NCBI GenBank assembly: GCA_963711835.1
Contig: CAVQFQ010000023.1
Coordinates: forward strand, 1-38,364
Length of the DNA: 38,364 bases
Source of the DNA: an uncultured delta proteobacterium
GTDB lineage: Bacteria; Desulfobacterota; RBG-13-43-22
Direction: 5' to 3'
In this document: one piece after another, positions 37,965-38,364 of the stretch
Position numbering within the stretch: position 1 is the first letter of the stretch
Layout of the letters: each line of letters begins with the position of its first letter
Notes under the pieces: generated by a model
The model's input: only the letters and a program-made list of their open reading frames with translations
Told to the model about the DNA's origin: nothing
Database searches by the model: none
Made by a program: the position numbers and the translations under genes

Positions 37965-38237
37965 ATGGCCATACAAATTAACCTTCATAAGACACACCGA
38001 CAATATGCCGGCGGTAAAGAGTCCGTTGATGTGGAGGGCAGGACCGTAGGAGAGTGCCTGAAAGACTTGATTCGCCAGTATCCCCCCTTGGGAAAGGAGG
38101 TATTCGGCAAGGATGGTAAACTGAGCGGAATTGTGGAGGTCTATCTTAACGGGGCAACCGCCTATCCGGATGAATTGGCCAAACCCGTGAAGGATGGGGA
38201 TAAGATTCAATTAGTTTATTTTCTGGCAGGAGGATGA
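37965..38237 (+). CDS. MoaD/ThiS-family sulfur carrier
   Basis: 90 aa ubiquitin-like protein, VYLNG, KDGD, C-terminal AGG. Confidence 0.9.
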   Translation: MAIQINLHKTHRQYAGGKESVDVEGRTVGECLKDLIRQYPPLGKEVFGKDGKLSGIVEVYLNGATAYPDELAKPVKDGDKIQLVYFLAGG

Positions 38238-38364
38238 ACCTTGTCGTGGTCAAACCCGCCTCACCGTTCTTTAGGTACTTTCCTTTCCGTTCCCCTCCAC
38301 TGGAAAGGCGAGTGATTTTACCGTAACCGGAAATACCTGACCACCCACCAAGGGCTCTCCGATA

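Noticed and set aside
38271-38364. Possible 3' end of a minus-strand gene
   Set aside because: Only about 30 codons visible and no recognisable motif.

Overview
Chromosomal region from an anaerobic bacterium; gene content suggests Desulfobacterota/deltaproteobacteria (inference). Left to right: (1) a small toxin-antitoxin/ATPase islet beyond the 3' end of tRNA-Thr(CGT); (2) pckA broken by two single-base frameshifts; (3) a minus-strand redox operon with a catalytically degenerate FdhA/NuoG-like subunit, a NuoE-like subunit whose in-frame TGA replaces an Fe-S Cys and is followed by a SECIS-like hairpin (probable selenoprotein), a NuoF-GltD fusion, and MetV/MetF; this operon follows a sigma-54 promoter motif and a large signalling cluster; (4) galT-like/glgA with a GAF kinase and receiver; (5) a LysR-divergent anaerobic phenolic carboxylation cluster (ppsA, ppsB, ppcB-like UbiD, aryl-acid ligase, two Tm-1-like proteins, LpdD-like, ubiX, HD hydrolase, MoeB, MoaD). 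Several intergenic regions carry heptamer-periodic inverted repeats. All calls come from reading motifs by eye; no database searches were run.
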